A stretch of 64,000 nucleotides of DNA from Promethearchaeota archaeon. GTDB lineage: Archaea; Asgardarchaeota; Thorarchaeia; Thorarchaeales; Thorarchaeaceae. How positions within the stretch are numbered: position 1 is the stretch's first letter; each line of letters opens with the position of its first letter. Made by a program: the position numbers and the translations under genes. The stretch covers positions 1 through 64,000 of the forward strand of contig WJMJ01000101.1 in assembly GCA_014728035.1 (NCBI GenBank), read 5' to 3'. This document shows, piece by piece, positions 10,487 to 20,209 of this stretch. The notes under the pieces are model-generated. The model searched no databases and was not told where the DNA came from. It saw only the letters and a program-made list of their open reading frames with translations.

Positions 10487-11326
10487 ATGCATTTATTAAT
10501 AGACGGCAAAAACATATTATATAGGGCTTTATTTGCTGCTGAAAATGATAGCGAGTTTACTAATAAAAAGTCAGATAAATTCGCTGCCATAAGCAGATTT
10601 ATGCATTATTATTATGATAAGGTTAGACCAAAGCACACACATGTGTTCTGGGATGCCCCCAAAAAGGATTTATGGCGCAGATCCATACATGCATTGTATA
10701 AAGATGGTCGTAACCCTGGGGCACGTGGCATAGATATAGAATCTGAATTAGTAAAATATCAAGAAATCGCCTCAGAAGTATGGTCAGCAATGGGAATAAG
10801 ACAATACTATCGAGCTTCTATGGAAGCTGATGATCTTATATTCGCATTTTGTCACCATATTAGGTCAACACCAATTGTTATTGTGTCATCAGACAGTGAT
10901 TTGGTACAAATAATGTATTACCATAATAATGTGGACATATTATCACCACAAACCAAGAAATTTGTCGATAAGCCAACACTTGATCCGGTATCAATAAAAT
11001 GCCTCCAGGGGGATAAGACTGATAATATCAAGGGATATGATGGTATTGGCAAGGTCAAATCAAAAAGACTTGTCGAATCACCAGACAAACTATTTGAATT
11101 TTTGCAAGCAAATGGTGATAATATATACCGAAGAAATCGCAGAATAATAGATCTATCATTGTGCCCGTTCACACTTGACAATATATTATATATAATGAAA
11201 ATATTATCAACTGAAAAACCACAATTCGATTCAGACAAGCTCAAAGAATTATTGCACGAAAAATATAAAATGAGGGGTATGGTTGTTGAATATCCCAAAA
11301 CGATTTTGCCCTTTAGTTGGAGATAA
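10487..11326 (+). CDS. T4 RNase H-like 5'-3' exonuclease/flap endonuclease
   Basis: LLIDGKN, MEADDLI, SSDSDLVQ, GDKTDNIKGYDGIG. Confidence 0.92.
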   Translation: MHLLIDGKNILYRALFAAENDSEFTNKKSDKFAAISRFMHYYYDKVRPKHTHVFWDAPKKDLWRRSIHALYKDGRNPGARGIDIESELVKYQEIASEVWSAMGIRQYYRASMEADDLIFAFCHHIRSTPIVIVSSDSDLVQIMYYHNNVDILSPQTKKFVDKPTLDPVSIKCLQGDKTDNIKGYDGIGKVKSKRLVESPDKLFEFLQANGDNIYRRNRRIIDLSLCPFTLDNILYIMKILSTEKPQFDSDKLKELLHEKYKMRGMVVEYPKTILPFSWR

Positions 11327-11329
11327 AAT

Positions 11330-11569
11330 ATGGCAGTCCATGTTGCTTATGTCACACCAACACCAGTTATCAATGGGGTTCCAATTGATAAATCAACGGC
11401 TACTATTAAGGAGATGATGGTGGCTGATACCGAAATGCGTATGGTACCAGATGACGATATACCAAATACAGCTAGCAAGCCAACTGTTAAAGATTATATT
11501 GAAGCCGAGAATGGTGATGGATATAGTGTCAAGTCATTGACCAATACCATGGTTATAACTGAATCTTAA
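11330..11569 (+). CDS. Hypothetical protein
   Basis: GGAG RBS, 79 aa. Confidence 0.6.
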   Translation: MAVHVAYVTPTPVINGVPIDKSTATIKEMMVADTEMRMVPDDDIPNTASKPTVKDYIEAENGDGYSVKSLTNTMVITES

Positions 11570-12174
11570 TGCCCAAAATAAATATAAACAATAGGCCATC
11601 ATCATTTGATATAAAAAGACCGCTAAATAAATCGATCAAGATGGCCATGGGTCTTGATTTAGGCACGACCACTGGATATGCTTACACTTTTATAGATAGC
11701 GAAAATCACGCCGAGACAGATAACATAGTAATGGGGCAATGGGATTTATCTGCTGGTCCATATGACAGTGGTGCCATCAGATTCTTGCGTTTACGTCAGT
11801 TTTTAACTATGTCCTCCCCCGATTATTTGTTTTTTGAAGATGTTAGATACACACCAGAGAAACCAAACAAATTTCTTGCTTCGGCCATAATATCAAGAGC
11901 AGCCAATGTCAGCGAATTATTTGGTGCCTTCAAAGCAACTTTATGTACTTGGGCAGAAGAACACGATATCCCATGTGAAGGTTTTGGCATTGGACAAATA
12001 AAGAAACATGCAACTGGTAAGGGTAATGCAAATAAAATAGATATGATAAATGCATGTAATGAAAAATTTAACACCGATTTTGATTATGATTATGAGTCAA
12101 CTGGGGTAGATAATATAGCTGATGCGATGTTTGTATTATCTCTTGGCATATCAAGATACATTGAGGGCATGTGA
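11569..12174 (+). CDS. RuvC-like Holliday junction resolvase
   Basis: GLDLGTTTG, FFEDV, IKKHATGKGNANK, DNIADA. Confidence 0.85.
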   Translation: MPKININNRPSSFDIKRPLNKSIKMAMGLDLGTTTGYAYTFIDSENHAETDNIVMGQWDLSAGPYDSGAIRFLRLRQFLTMSSPDYLFFEDVRYTPEKPNKFLASAIISRAANVSELFGAFKATLCTWAEEHDIPCEGFGIGQIKKHATGKGNANKIDMINACNEKFNTDFDYDYESTGVDNIADAMFVLSLGISRYIEGM

Positions 12175-12362
12175 TGGGATGTAGTCGATGCGGTAAAAAG
12201 AGAAAAACCGTATATAGGAAATCCGGCGTCACAATGGTGAACCAAAAACAATGCCCAGTATGTAAATGGCCAATGAGGAAAATTCATAAGTACGATACAC
12301 GCACAAGAAAGATGAAAATAGGATATTATTGTACGAACTCAAGGTGTAGTTCTAATGTATGA
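12171..12362 (+). CDS. Small basic Cys-rich (Zn-ribbon) protein
   Basis: CSRC, CPVC, CTNSRC; coupled to neighbouring genes. Confidence 0.55.
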   Translation: MMGCSRCGKKRKTVYRKSGVTMVNQKQCPVCKWPMRKIHKYDTRTRKMKIGYYCTNSRCSSNV

Positions 12363-12756
12363 TGTCTTTGTGGTTATTGCTATAATAGTATTTGTCGAAG
12401 TTATTACTGAACTCATTGTTACAGAGAATATATTGTTTAGATGGTTAGTCACAATATTATCGAAAAATGATGCATTAGGAGAAATCTTACATTGTGGAGA
12501 TTGTTTATCACTCATTATTAGTACTGCAGTGTGTTGGTTAGTTGACATTAACATTTTTGATAACGCCTTTGATTATTTAATTAGAATTGCTATTGTATAT
12601 AGATCTTCAAACATTTTACATGAATTGCTCAATAGGTATTTCAATAGAATACCGTTAAACATAGTGATAACCAAAATAGGGGATCATGATGGCTCCAGAA
12701 CAGATAACACCACCGACAATAAAATCAGTGAACCAACTCAGGATGTTACTATCTGA
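12355..12756 (+). CDS. Membrane protein (DUF1360-like)
   Basis: Hydrophobic segments and an LHCGDCLS motif. Confidence 0.55.
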   Translation: MYDVFVVIAIIVFVEVITELIVTENILFRWLVTILSKNDALGEILHCGDCLSLIISTAVCWLVDINIFDNAFDYLIRIAIVYRSSNILHELLNRYFNRIPLNIVITKIGDHDGSRTDNTTDNKISEPTQDVTI

Positions 12757-13105
12757 GTACTTACCCGATGATAGTGCTTCAGATGCACAATTTAAAGTGG
12801 TAGTGGACGATAAAAATCCAGGTAAAAACAAATTTATTGTTGATCCAGGTAACAAATCACACAATCGAAAATTGCTGGAAGATGGATTTAATGAAGTAAG
12901 AAACCGCATTATATACAACAAGCAGCTAGATATGAAGTTCAATACTGATGATATGAAATTTTGGATTGATGATTTTATTCGTGACAAGTTGGGTGGACAG
13001 AGGAATGGTGACAAAATTTCTTGGGATATTGATGGTAAAATAATTGAATTCGATCCCTTTACCGGCGACCTTACAGAGAATGGAAATCCCATTAGCGCAG
13101 TATAG
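12686..13105 (+). CDS. Hypothetical protein
   Basis: ORF in the operon. Confidence 0.55.
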   Translation: MMAPEQITPPTIKSVNQLRMLLSEYLPDDSASDAQFKVVVDDKNPGKNKFIVDPGNKSHNRKLLEDGFNEVRNRIIYNKQLDMKFNTDDMKFWIDDFIRDKLGGQRNGDKISWDIDGKIIEFDPFTGDLTENGNPISAV

Positions 13106-13361
13106 GCCCATTTCGCGCTATAAACCAAAAATTGGCGATTTCGTTATCTGGCATGGTTACTTCTCACATTGGTATGGTATAGTGACATCGGCACCAAATG
13201 ATGCAACCACATTTTATGTGGTAAACGCTGGCATGCCAAGTCTACTATTTACAATATCACCAACAGATATTAACAAACATACTAAGAATTTGGATTTATA
13301 TAAGGTTAGAAATTCTAAAGGTTCTTATTGCGTACTGCAAAATAATATATGGTATCTATGA
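13080..13361 (+). CDS. Hypothetical protein
   Basis: ORF in the operon (MEIPLAQY...). Confidence 0.55.
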   Translation: MEIPLAQYRPISRYKPKIGDFVIWHGYFSHWYGIVTSAPNDATTFYVVNAGMPSLLFTISPTDINKHTKNLDLYKVRNSKGSYCVLQNNIWYL

Positions 13362-13861
13362 CAGAAATCCACACAGAACCATTTCCCAAATTTATTCCAC
13401 ATCGTCCCGAAATAAACACCCATTTATGTTATTTTATAAAGCCATATCCTAGATCTGGGTATTCTATATCCTATACGAAAGTCAATGATGATATAATGAT
13501 AAAAGTACTAGATCCTGATTGTATGGATATAGATGTTAATGATATGCCAAATGATGATAAACGACATTTTGATTCTATTATTACCGATTTATTACTAATA
13601 TGTGGTGCGCTGAAAATACAAAACTGTCAGTTATTTTTTGCCAGGGCCGACAAATATAGACTAGTTGATGTTTATAACAGAGGAAAGTTTGCTGGACCAG
13701 GTATGATTAATGATATATTTAAAACATTTGATAAACAAGAAATTCTGGAAATGGAACCATATGATCCAGACAAGAAATATGATAAAATGTATGTAAAACC
13801 ATCAAAATTCATGACCGTTAAATCAGAAAATTCTATCATACCATTATATGTGAGGACATAA
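13358..13861 (+). CDS. Hypothetical protein
   Basis: ATGA overlap with the upstream ORF. Confidence 0.55.
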   Translation: MTEIHTEPFPKFIPHRPEINTHLCYFIKPYPRSGYSISYTKVNDDIMIKVLDPDCMDIDVNDMPNDDKRHFDSIITDLLLICGALKIQNCQLFFARADKYRLVDVYNRGKFAGPGMINDIFKTFDKQEILEMEPYDPDKKYDKMYVKPSKFMTVKSENSIIPLYVRT

Positions 13862-13862
13862 C

Positions 13863-14396
13863 ATGTTAATTATCATGGGAGGTTTACCCAAAAGCGGAAA
13901 AACATCGATTCTTAAGGGTGTGAAACATGATATTGTACATATCAATCCAGAAGCTCTATTATCAAAAAATATAGATAATCAACCGGAAGACGTTAAACAA
14001 GCACTAAATATAGCGGCCTGGGAGCAATGTCTTACTAGTATTGGCGATAATTTAGACCACAATATTATAATATTTGATACCTGTGGATCAAGCCTCAATC
14101 CATTAAGAACTCAAATATTGAAGGCCAAAATGCATGGGCATAAAATAGTATACTTATATGTAGATAGAAAATTCGAGTTGTGCGCGAATCATATTGATAG
14201 CAAAATATTAAAATCATATAAACAAAAATTTATAAATACGCTGCCTCAGGCACGCGATGCAGCAGATTATTTCAGGGTAATTACGAATAATGGTGAAGTT
14301 CAGGAAGCTTCTGTTCAGGCCGGTGAGGTAATAGATGAAATTTTATCGATTTGTAAATCACAACAAACATCTGGTGCAGCTAACCGGACCGCATAA
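13863..14396 (+). CDS. P-loop kinase (AAA_33/zeta-toxin-like fold)
   Basis: IIMGGLPKSGKT, IIFDT. Confidence 0.75.
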   Translation: MLIIMGGLPKSGKTSILKGVKHDIVHINPEALLSKNIDNQPEDVKQALNIAAWEQCLTSIGDNLDHNIIIFDTCGSSLNPLRTQILKAKMHGHKIVYLYVDRKFELCANHIDSKILKSYKQKFINTLPQARDAADYFRVITNNGEVQEASVQAGEVIDEILSICKSQQTSGAANRTA

Positions 14397-16209
14397 AGAG
14401 GTAGTTAAAGTTGGTGCTGGTAAAGAAATAACGCTACCAGACTACTACATAAAATATTGTCCCAAATATATTAGAGTTATATCGTCCACATCGGAAACAC
14501 AAGATCAACAAAACAATATTAAAAAAATACCAGTAGAATCAACATACGTTAAAACTAAATTATCAAGACCTGATAAACAGCCAATAATCAATAAAGTTAA
14601 GCGGGGTGGTGTTAGGCAAGTTTCAATATCAAATACTAAAACTAAAAGATCGCCAAACATAGTTGGTAGATCTAGTGGTAGCCATGTAACTGCAACCAAT
14701 AAATTTAAGAATCTTATCAAAGACGAGTCATTTGCCATATCTAACAATATAGGTGTGGGAATACTATCTTATAACAGATTGTCAACTATTAAAAGATTGC
14801 TAGATTCAATAAAAGCGCACACGGATTTATCAAAAACCACCATATTTGTTAGTGATGAGTCAGATAAACAAGAAGTAAAGAGCTATCTAAAGAGTGTAAA
14901 ATGGATAGTATTATTGGACAACCAAGATAGGTTGGGTATTGCCGGAAATTCAAATAGATTACTGCAATGTTTATCTAGATTCAAACACAAAATCTTATTG
15001 AATGATGACGTTGAAATTAAAAAAGACGGGTGGGATAAATTTTATTTTGATGCAATGAAAACTACGGGGATGCATCATTTCTGTTATCGTCAAGACGGTG
15101 TTTATGGGGCAAATTCTTCACAAATTAAAACATCATCGAATAACGGATACAAAATAAACACTATACAAGATAAGCCGCAAGGCGCAGTTATGGTGTTTGA
15201 TGATGTGGCTTTTGATAAGGTCGGATATTTCGACATTGGTTTTGGTATTTATGGAATGGAGCATGTAGACTGGTCTAATAGAGTGTCAATGAGTGGTGTG
15301 CAGATGCCAGGGTTTCATGATGTGGGTGGATCTGAACAATATTTTACAATACATAATGAACCCACATCTATAAAAGCTAAACATGTAGAATTATCAGAAA
15401 GCAAGAAAAAATTTAATGAAGTTAAAACAGATCGTAGTAGAATATATATCAATCAAGACAGCAAGTCCGTGGTGCCTTCACTGTCTTATGTAGTGCCATA
15501 TAGGCATGGACAAGACAGAAAGAATGCTATCAAGTCTGTTATATCGAATATAAGAGCACAAAAATTTCCACACATTGAAATAGTATTGGTGGAACAGGAT
15601 AATATTCAACAACAAAATGAACAATCTCTTATGCCGATCACTTATAAATTTTTAAAGGGTGATGGTGATTTTTGGAAGTCAGCAGCATTTAATGCCGGGG
15701 TTAAAAATGCATCAAATGCATTAATTGTGCTGCACGATGCAGATATGATTGTGCAGCGGAATTATTCAGAACTCGTATATAGAATCTTGCAAGATTTTGA
15801 ATCATGTCACATCGGTCGTCATGTGTTATATCTAGATGCGGAAAGCACAAATAAAATCTGTTCATCACTGCGCGTTGATGACCAATTAAAATGTGATAGG
15901 ATAGTTGGATATTTTGAAGGTGGTTCATTGGCCTGTCACAAGAATGTTTTTATTAACATAGGTGGATTCAATGAACAATTTAAGGGCTACGGATGCGAGG
16001 ACTGTGAATTTTATGAAAGATTAAGCAGGTTAACTAAAATGTATGATGGTAGAAGTATTGATCTCATACATCTGAATCATGGTCGGTCATCTGGGTGGAA
16101 CGCAGCACATAAACAGAATAAATTGATCCACACTAAACTGTCGAGGATGCCTCTCAACAACAGAACGCAAATATTGCGCTCAGAATTAAAGTCAAAATAC
16201 AATATATGA
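14335..16209 (+). CDS. Glycosyltransferase with two GT2/GT7-like domains
   Basis: GILSYNR...LLNDD...YGMEHVD and YVVPYR...LHDAD...GGFNEQFKGYGCEDCE. Confidence 0.88.
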   Translation: MKFYRFVNHNKHLVQLTGPHKEVVKVGAGKEITLPDYYIKYCPKYIRVISSTSETQDQQNNIKKIPVESTYVKTKLSRPDKQPIINKVKRGGVRQVSISNTKTKRSPNIVGRSSGSHVTATNKFKNLIKDESFAISNNIGVGILSYNRLSTIKRLLDSIKAHTDLSKTTIFVSDESDKQEVKSYLKSVKWIVLLDNQDRLGIAGNSNRLLQCLSRFKHKILLNDDVEIKKDGWDKFYFDAMKTTGMHHFCYRQDGVYGANSSQIKTSSNNGYKINTIQDKPQGAVMVFDDVAFDKVGYFDIGFGIYGMEHVDWSNRVSMSGVQMPGFHDVGGSEQYFTIHNEPTSIKAKHVELSESKKKFNEVKTDRSRIYINQDSKSVVPSLSYVVPYRHGQDRKNAIKSVISNIRAQKFPHIEIVLVEQDNIQQQNEQSLMPITYKFLKGDGDFWKSAAFNAGVKNASNALIVLHDADMIVQRNYSELVYRILQDFESCHIGRHVLYLDAESTNKICSSLRVDDQLKCDRIVGYFEGGSLACHKNVFINIGGFNEQFKGYGCEDCEFYERLSRLTKMYDGRSIDLIHLNHGRSSGWNAAHKQNKLIHTKLSRMPLNNRTQILRSELKSKYNI

Positions 16210-17189
16210 AAATATTACTGACAAACCCAGATGGTGGTGCTTTTTATTATATCCTAAGAGGATTTCGTAACGCCTTCAAATGTCTCGGACACACAGCTGA
16301 ATTTTGGGATGGATCACTAAATACATTCGATGCTGATATATACATAGGATCGAGTGGTTGGCCACAGTCAATACCACAAGATCGAACGGCCAAAATCATA
16401 CTGCACGTTAATCCATATGGATCCACAAGACTGAATCCAATCTCTGGTGTAGATATTAATGAATCAGACAAGGCAATTCAATGGACTGTCAAACAAAAAC
16501 CAGATTTTGTGTTCGGATATGGGTTAAAAGGAGACGTAAACGAATTTTGGGACAACTGGATAAATGAATTTGGTATACCAGTATATGGTATTCCACCCGC
16601 TGGTGATCACATTATATTTAAACCATCACCAGATCCAAATTTTAAATGTGATTTGGCCTATGTAGGAGGATACTGGCCATATAAGGCAATAAACATAGAC
16701 AAATATTTGGAACCAGCACGCAAAAAATTTGGAATGACTATTTATGGGTGGGGAGGATGGAATAAACGCAGTGGTGGACCCATATCCGATGATAGGGTAG
16801 TGAAATTATTATCATCAGCTAAGATATGCCCATGTATTCATGAACCACACACATCCACATATGGCATCGATATACCAGAAAGAGTGTTTAAAGTTCCATT
16901 ATGTGGTTCTATGGCCATCTGTGACCCATCCGCAAAGTTGCATGAATACTTCCCATGTGATACTATGCCAATGGCCAAAAACACAAATGAATATATATCA
17001 TTAATAGAATATTATCTTAAACACGATATTGAACGCAACAATATGATTAAGAAACAAAGAATATGCGTGCTCAAATACCATACATATTTGAGCCGCATTA
17101 AGACCATATTTGCTGGGCTTGGATTAATAGAGGAATGCATTAAAATCCAAAAACACATAGAAGATCTGGTGCAGAATGAGCGAAGCTAG
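16206..17189 (+). CDS. Glycosyltransferase, CgeB/GT-B-like
   Basis: DLAYVGG, PERVFKVPLCG, HTYLSR. Confidence 0.8.
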   Translation: MKILLTNPDGGAFYYILRGFRNAFKCLGHTAEFWDGSLNTFDADIYIGSSGWPQSIPQDRTAKIILHVNPYGSTRLNPISGVDINESDKAIQWTVKQKPDFVFGYGLKGDVNEFWDNWINEFGIPVYGIPPAGDHIIFKPSPDPNFKCDLAYVGGYWPYKAINIDKYLEPARKKFGMTIYGWGGWNKRSGGPISDDRVVKLLSSAKICPCIHEPHTSTYGIDIPERVFKVPLCGSMAICDPSAKLHEYFPCDTMPMAKNTNEYISLIEYYLKHDIERNNMIKKQRICVLKYHTYLSRIKTIFAGLGLIEECIKIQKHIEDLVQNERS

Positions 17190-17904
17190 TGTAATTATTA
17201 GATATACCAATAGGTCGTTGAGCAGAGCACGCAATCTAAAAATATTGCTGGATTATATATGGCCACTGAATAATATCGAAATTATTTTATCCGTAATGGA
17301 GCATGATATTAAAATAAAACACAAAAAAGTACATAAAATATTCAGTCCAGATAAATTTGAATCAGCGAAAGCTAATAATATCGGTGCTCACAATGCATCC
17401 ACGAACATATTTATATTCCAAGATGCTGATATTATGTTTCATCGTAAATGCTATCAGAAAATCATTAATAACATTAATAGCGGATTTGGATCGATTAGAG
17501 TTGGCGAGAGATGCGTGAATCTAGGTGAAAATAATATACCAAAGCTTAAAAGAAATCCAGAATTAATACTTAGACATGAATTTAACTCATGCTTTAGGGA
17601 TGCACCTGGAGCTTGTATCGCGCTATCACGCAAGTCATTTAAAGATGTGGGTGGTCATTGTGAATTGTTTAAAGTATATGGATGGGAAGACGTATATTTT
17701 AGATATAAAGTAAAGAAGTTAACTTCACAAAAATGCCTTAATCAGCAAATGATACATTTACCCCACGAAATAAATTATCAAATGGGTAAGCAAGCAGTCA
17801 ATGCAGAGCTATATCAGGAACTACTCAGCGTTGATGGTGGCGATTGCATTAAAATGTCAAATCGAGATCGAGAAGATTTGTTAAGAAAGTATCCAAATAT
17901 ATGA
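17176..17904 (+). CDS. Glycosyltransferase (GT2/GT7-like)
   Basis: FQDAD, GGHCELFKVYGWED. Confidence 0.82.
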   Translation: MSEASVIIRYTNRSLSRARNLKILLDYIWPLNNIEIILSVMEHDIKIKHKKVHKIFSPDKFESAKANNIGAHNASTNIFIFQDADIMFHRKCYQKIINNINSGFGSIRVGERCVNLGENNIPKLKRNPELILRHEFNSCFRDAPGACIALSRKSFKDVGGHCELFKVYGWEDVYFRYKVKKLTSQKCLNQQMIHLPHEINYQMGKQAVNAELYQELLSVDGGDCIKMSNRDREDLLRKYPNI

Positions 17905-18572
17905 GCACGAATAAACTAAAAACAATTCATCTTTTGTGGCCCACGATTAGACCGCAAAAGATGATGGAGACTCACAAACATTGGATAAATAACGCAGTTC
18001 ATCCCACAAACATTAAAACTAAAATCGCGGTAAATACAAAAGAACATCGACAATTGTTGCCAGATTTCAAAGATGTTTTAGTCGTTGGTGATGATAGACG
18101 AGGACCAGCATATCCAGCATTCAAATTAGGTCGTGCAGTAGAAGGTAAAAAAGATGATATCATCATATTGGCATCTGATGACTTTTTCGCTCCTCCAAAA
18201 TGGGATGTTTGGTTATGTGGACAATTTAATGATTTTGATGGGGCAATCATAGTTGATGATGGGTACCAGTATGGGGGTTGCATAACAATCCCAATAATGA
18301 CCATGAAGACGCTCATCAAGTTAAACCGCATTATATATAATCCAGTTTACACTTGGATGTATTCAGATGTAGAATTATTTAATAATTTAAAAGAACTAAA
18401 ATGTGTGAGAGACTTACGGAAATCTGATTGTCCAGTGTTTGAACATAAACATTGGGCCAATGGTAAGAGAAAAACAGATAATCATGATCAAGTCGGCCTA
18501 AAAGCCGGTGGCAAAGATGCTGGTTTATACCATAAACGCATGAATATGACTTTGGCGGAAAGATTAAAATGA
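17901..18572 (+). CDS. Glycosyltransferase (GT-A fold)
   Basis: LWPTIRP, ILASDDF, YSDVE, EHKHW. Confidence 0.7.
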   Translation: MSTNKLKTIHLLWPTIRPQKMMETHKHWINNAVHPTNIKTKIAVNTKEHRQLLPDFKDVLVVGDDRRGPAYPAFKLGRAVEGKKDDIIILASDDFFAPPKWDVWLCGQFNDFDGAIIVDDGYQYGGCITIPIMTMKTLIKLNRIIYNPVYTWMYSDVELFNNLKELKCVRDLRKSDCPVFEHKHWANGKRKTDNHDQVGLKAGGKDAGLYHKRMNMTLAERLK

Positions 18573-19345
18573 TACCCAAAAAGCTGTTTTTATTTTGGTC
18601 TGGGCATACGATGTCATACTTGAGATATTTGACATTTGTAACTGCACGTCATTTCCATCCAGATTGGGAAATAAATTTTTATGTCACCGATGATTTCACC
18701 ACAATGAAGTGGTGTCATGAGGCGCAGGACTTCCAAAATGAGGACAGGGATAATTATTTAGAACAGGCTAAAACATTGTGTGATCATGTTAGGCCATATA
18801 AACATCATGAAGATAAGGCTCCAAATTTCCAGTCTGATTTCTTTAGATGGCATGTGATGGAAGAATATGGTGGTTGGTACCTTGATACTGACCAAATCAT
18901 ACTGAAACCATTTGATGATCTATGTTCATATCAGTTTGTTTATTCATTCTATGAAGCCAATGGACCAGTGGGTGTGCTTGGTGCTGAACCTAAACTACGA
19001 ATATGCAATTATGTACGAGAAACAATGAACAAGAGGTATAAACCGTCAAATTACAACAGTATAGGTCCACAAATGTGGATAAACGTGATGAAAGAGATAG
19101 GAAAATCCAAATGGTTTGGTGATATTAATAGTCTTAACAGTAAACATATGTTTTATCCAGTGCCTTATTCGCATGGTGTCCATAAAATTTATGATGGTTC
19201 ATTTGAAATCCCAAAATCAAGTTACGCACTACATTGGTTTGGTGGTCATCCAAAATCACAAAAATTTAATAATAAATACACCAAAGAATTCATGATGGCT
19301 AGCAATGATACGATTAGCAGGTTTGTTAGAACTTTATCCCTATGA
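18569..19345 (+). CDS. DXD glycosyltransferase (GT32-like)
   Basis: MIPKKLFLFW, SDFFRW, YGGWYLDTD, IGP. Confidence 0.85.
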   Translation: MIPKKLFLFWSGHTMSYLRYLTFVTARHFHPDWEINFYVTDDFTTMKWCHEAQDFQNEDRDNYLEQAKTLCDHVRPYKHHEDKAPNFQSDFFRWHVMEEYGGWYLDTDQIILKPFDDLCSYQFVYSFYEANGPVGVLGAEPKLRICNYVRETMNKRYKPSNYNSIGPQMWINVMKEIGKSKWFGDINSLNSKHMFYPVPYSHGVHKIYDGSFEIPKSSYALHWFGGHPKSQKFNNKYTKEFMMASNDTISRFVRTLSL

Positions 19346-19353
19346 TATATAAT

Positions 19354-19431
19354 TCAGGCCCTCATCCTCGGGCCTAAGCTCACCCACGATGGTGAGTAAT
19401 CTCCGGATGGAGACCATACAATGGGTGTAAT
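19354..19431 (+). ncRNA. Conserved 78-nt triple-hairpin element, copy 1 (array leader/scaffold)
   Basis: AGGCCC/GGGCCT, GCTCACC/GGTGAGT, TCTCC/GGAGA stems; near-identical copies at 19911 and 57653; TATAAT directly upstream. Confidence 0.6.
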
Positions 19432-19521
19432 GTGATGCCCATGTGCGCATGGAAGGATGGATGGAATGTCCGACAGGAGTTACGCCCACGTACGCATGGC
19501 CCCGCGTGCATGGGAGGATGG
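19432..19521 (+). CRISPR. Degenerate CRISPR-like mini-array 1
   Basis: Repeat GTGATGCCCATGTGCGCATGGAAGGATGG (19432-19460), 18-nt spacer, then a repeat with an internal duplication ending TGGGAGGATGG. Confidence 0.6.
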
Positions 19522-19529
19522 TGGCGTTG

Positions 19530-19853
19530 TTAATCATATTCGTAAGGATGTTTTCTAGGATCTCCCTGCATATGATTCTCCCACGATTCAATACTATTCA
19601 TTCTATGTGCTTCATGAATTAATGGGCTTAAAATTTGATCGGCACCTTTGATCTTCCAAGTGCCAGCTGGACCATATATCACCACCATGTTGGTTTCATC
19701 TTCATATTTGTCTCCAACTGGTGTCGGGCTAGCTACCAGCATAGTTATATAACTAGCAATCAACACACTAAGAGCAAATATGACATAATTTGATTTGGTT
19801 GCGAGCCAAAATAATACTCTATCCGAATACCGTCTTTTAGTAGTTATATACAT
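19530..19853 (-). CDS. Small membrane protein between the duplicated leader/array units
   Basis: AAAAGGA RBS; one hydrophobic helix. Confidence 0.6.
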   Translation of the reverse strand: MYITTKRRYSDRVLFWLATKSNYVIFALSVLIASYITMLVASPTPVGDKYEDETNMVVIYGPAGTWKIKGADQILSPLIHEAHRMNSIESWENHMQGDPRKHPYEYD

Positions 19854-19910
19854 AATTCCTTTTCTAACAGTTTACCTTTGCATCTCATATTTATCCCTAT
19901 GATATATAAT

Positions 19911-19988
19911 TCAGGCCCTCATCCTCGGGCCTAAGCTCACCCACGATGGTGAGTAATCTCCGGATGGAGACTATACAACGGGTGCAAT
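19911..19988 (+). ncRNA. Conserved 78-nt triple-hairpin element, copy 2
   Basis: Two substitutions relative to copy 3; shares a further 21 upstream nt with copy 1. Confidence 0.6.
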
Positions 19989-20162
19989 GTGACACCACGT
20001 ACACATGGGAGTTTTCACAGTGCTCCTTTCACTCACACACTCGTAACGCCCACGTGGGAGGATGGTAGCCTCTGTAGTAGCCGTGACACCCACGTACGCA
20101 TGGGAGGATGGCATGCGATTGCTGTTGTCGTACCAACAAGAAGAATGACCGCCCATGTGCGC
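19989..20162 (+). CRISPR. Degenerate CRISPR-like mini-array 2
   Basis: Repeat variants at 19989, 20043 (23 nt), 20083 (full 29 nt) and 20145 (trailer); spacers of about 31, 17 and 33 nt. Confidence 0.65.
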
Positions 20163-20209
20163 TCACTGGAACCGCAAGTTACGCGTGGGTTAAATGGAGA
20201 GGAGTAAAC

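Noticed and set aside
10010-10492. Minus-strand SVST-repeat ORF
   Set aside because: Antisense shadow of the acidic ETE tail of the SSB
11569-12174. RuvC-fold protein as a Cas12/TnpB effector for the arrays
   Set aside because: Only 201 aa with resolvase-type motifs, located in the replication operon; no bridge-helix or Zn-finger architecture
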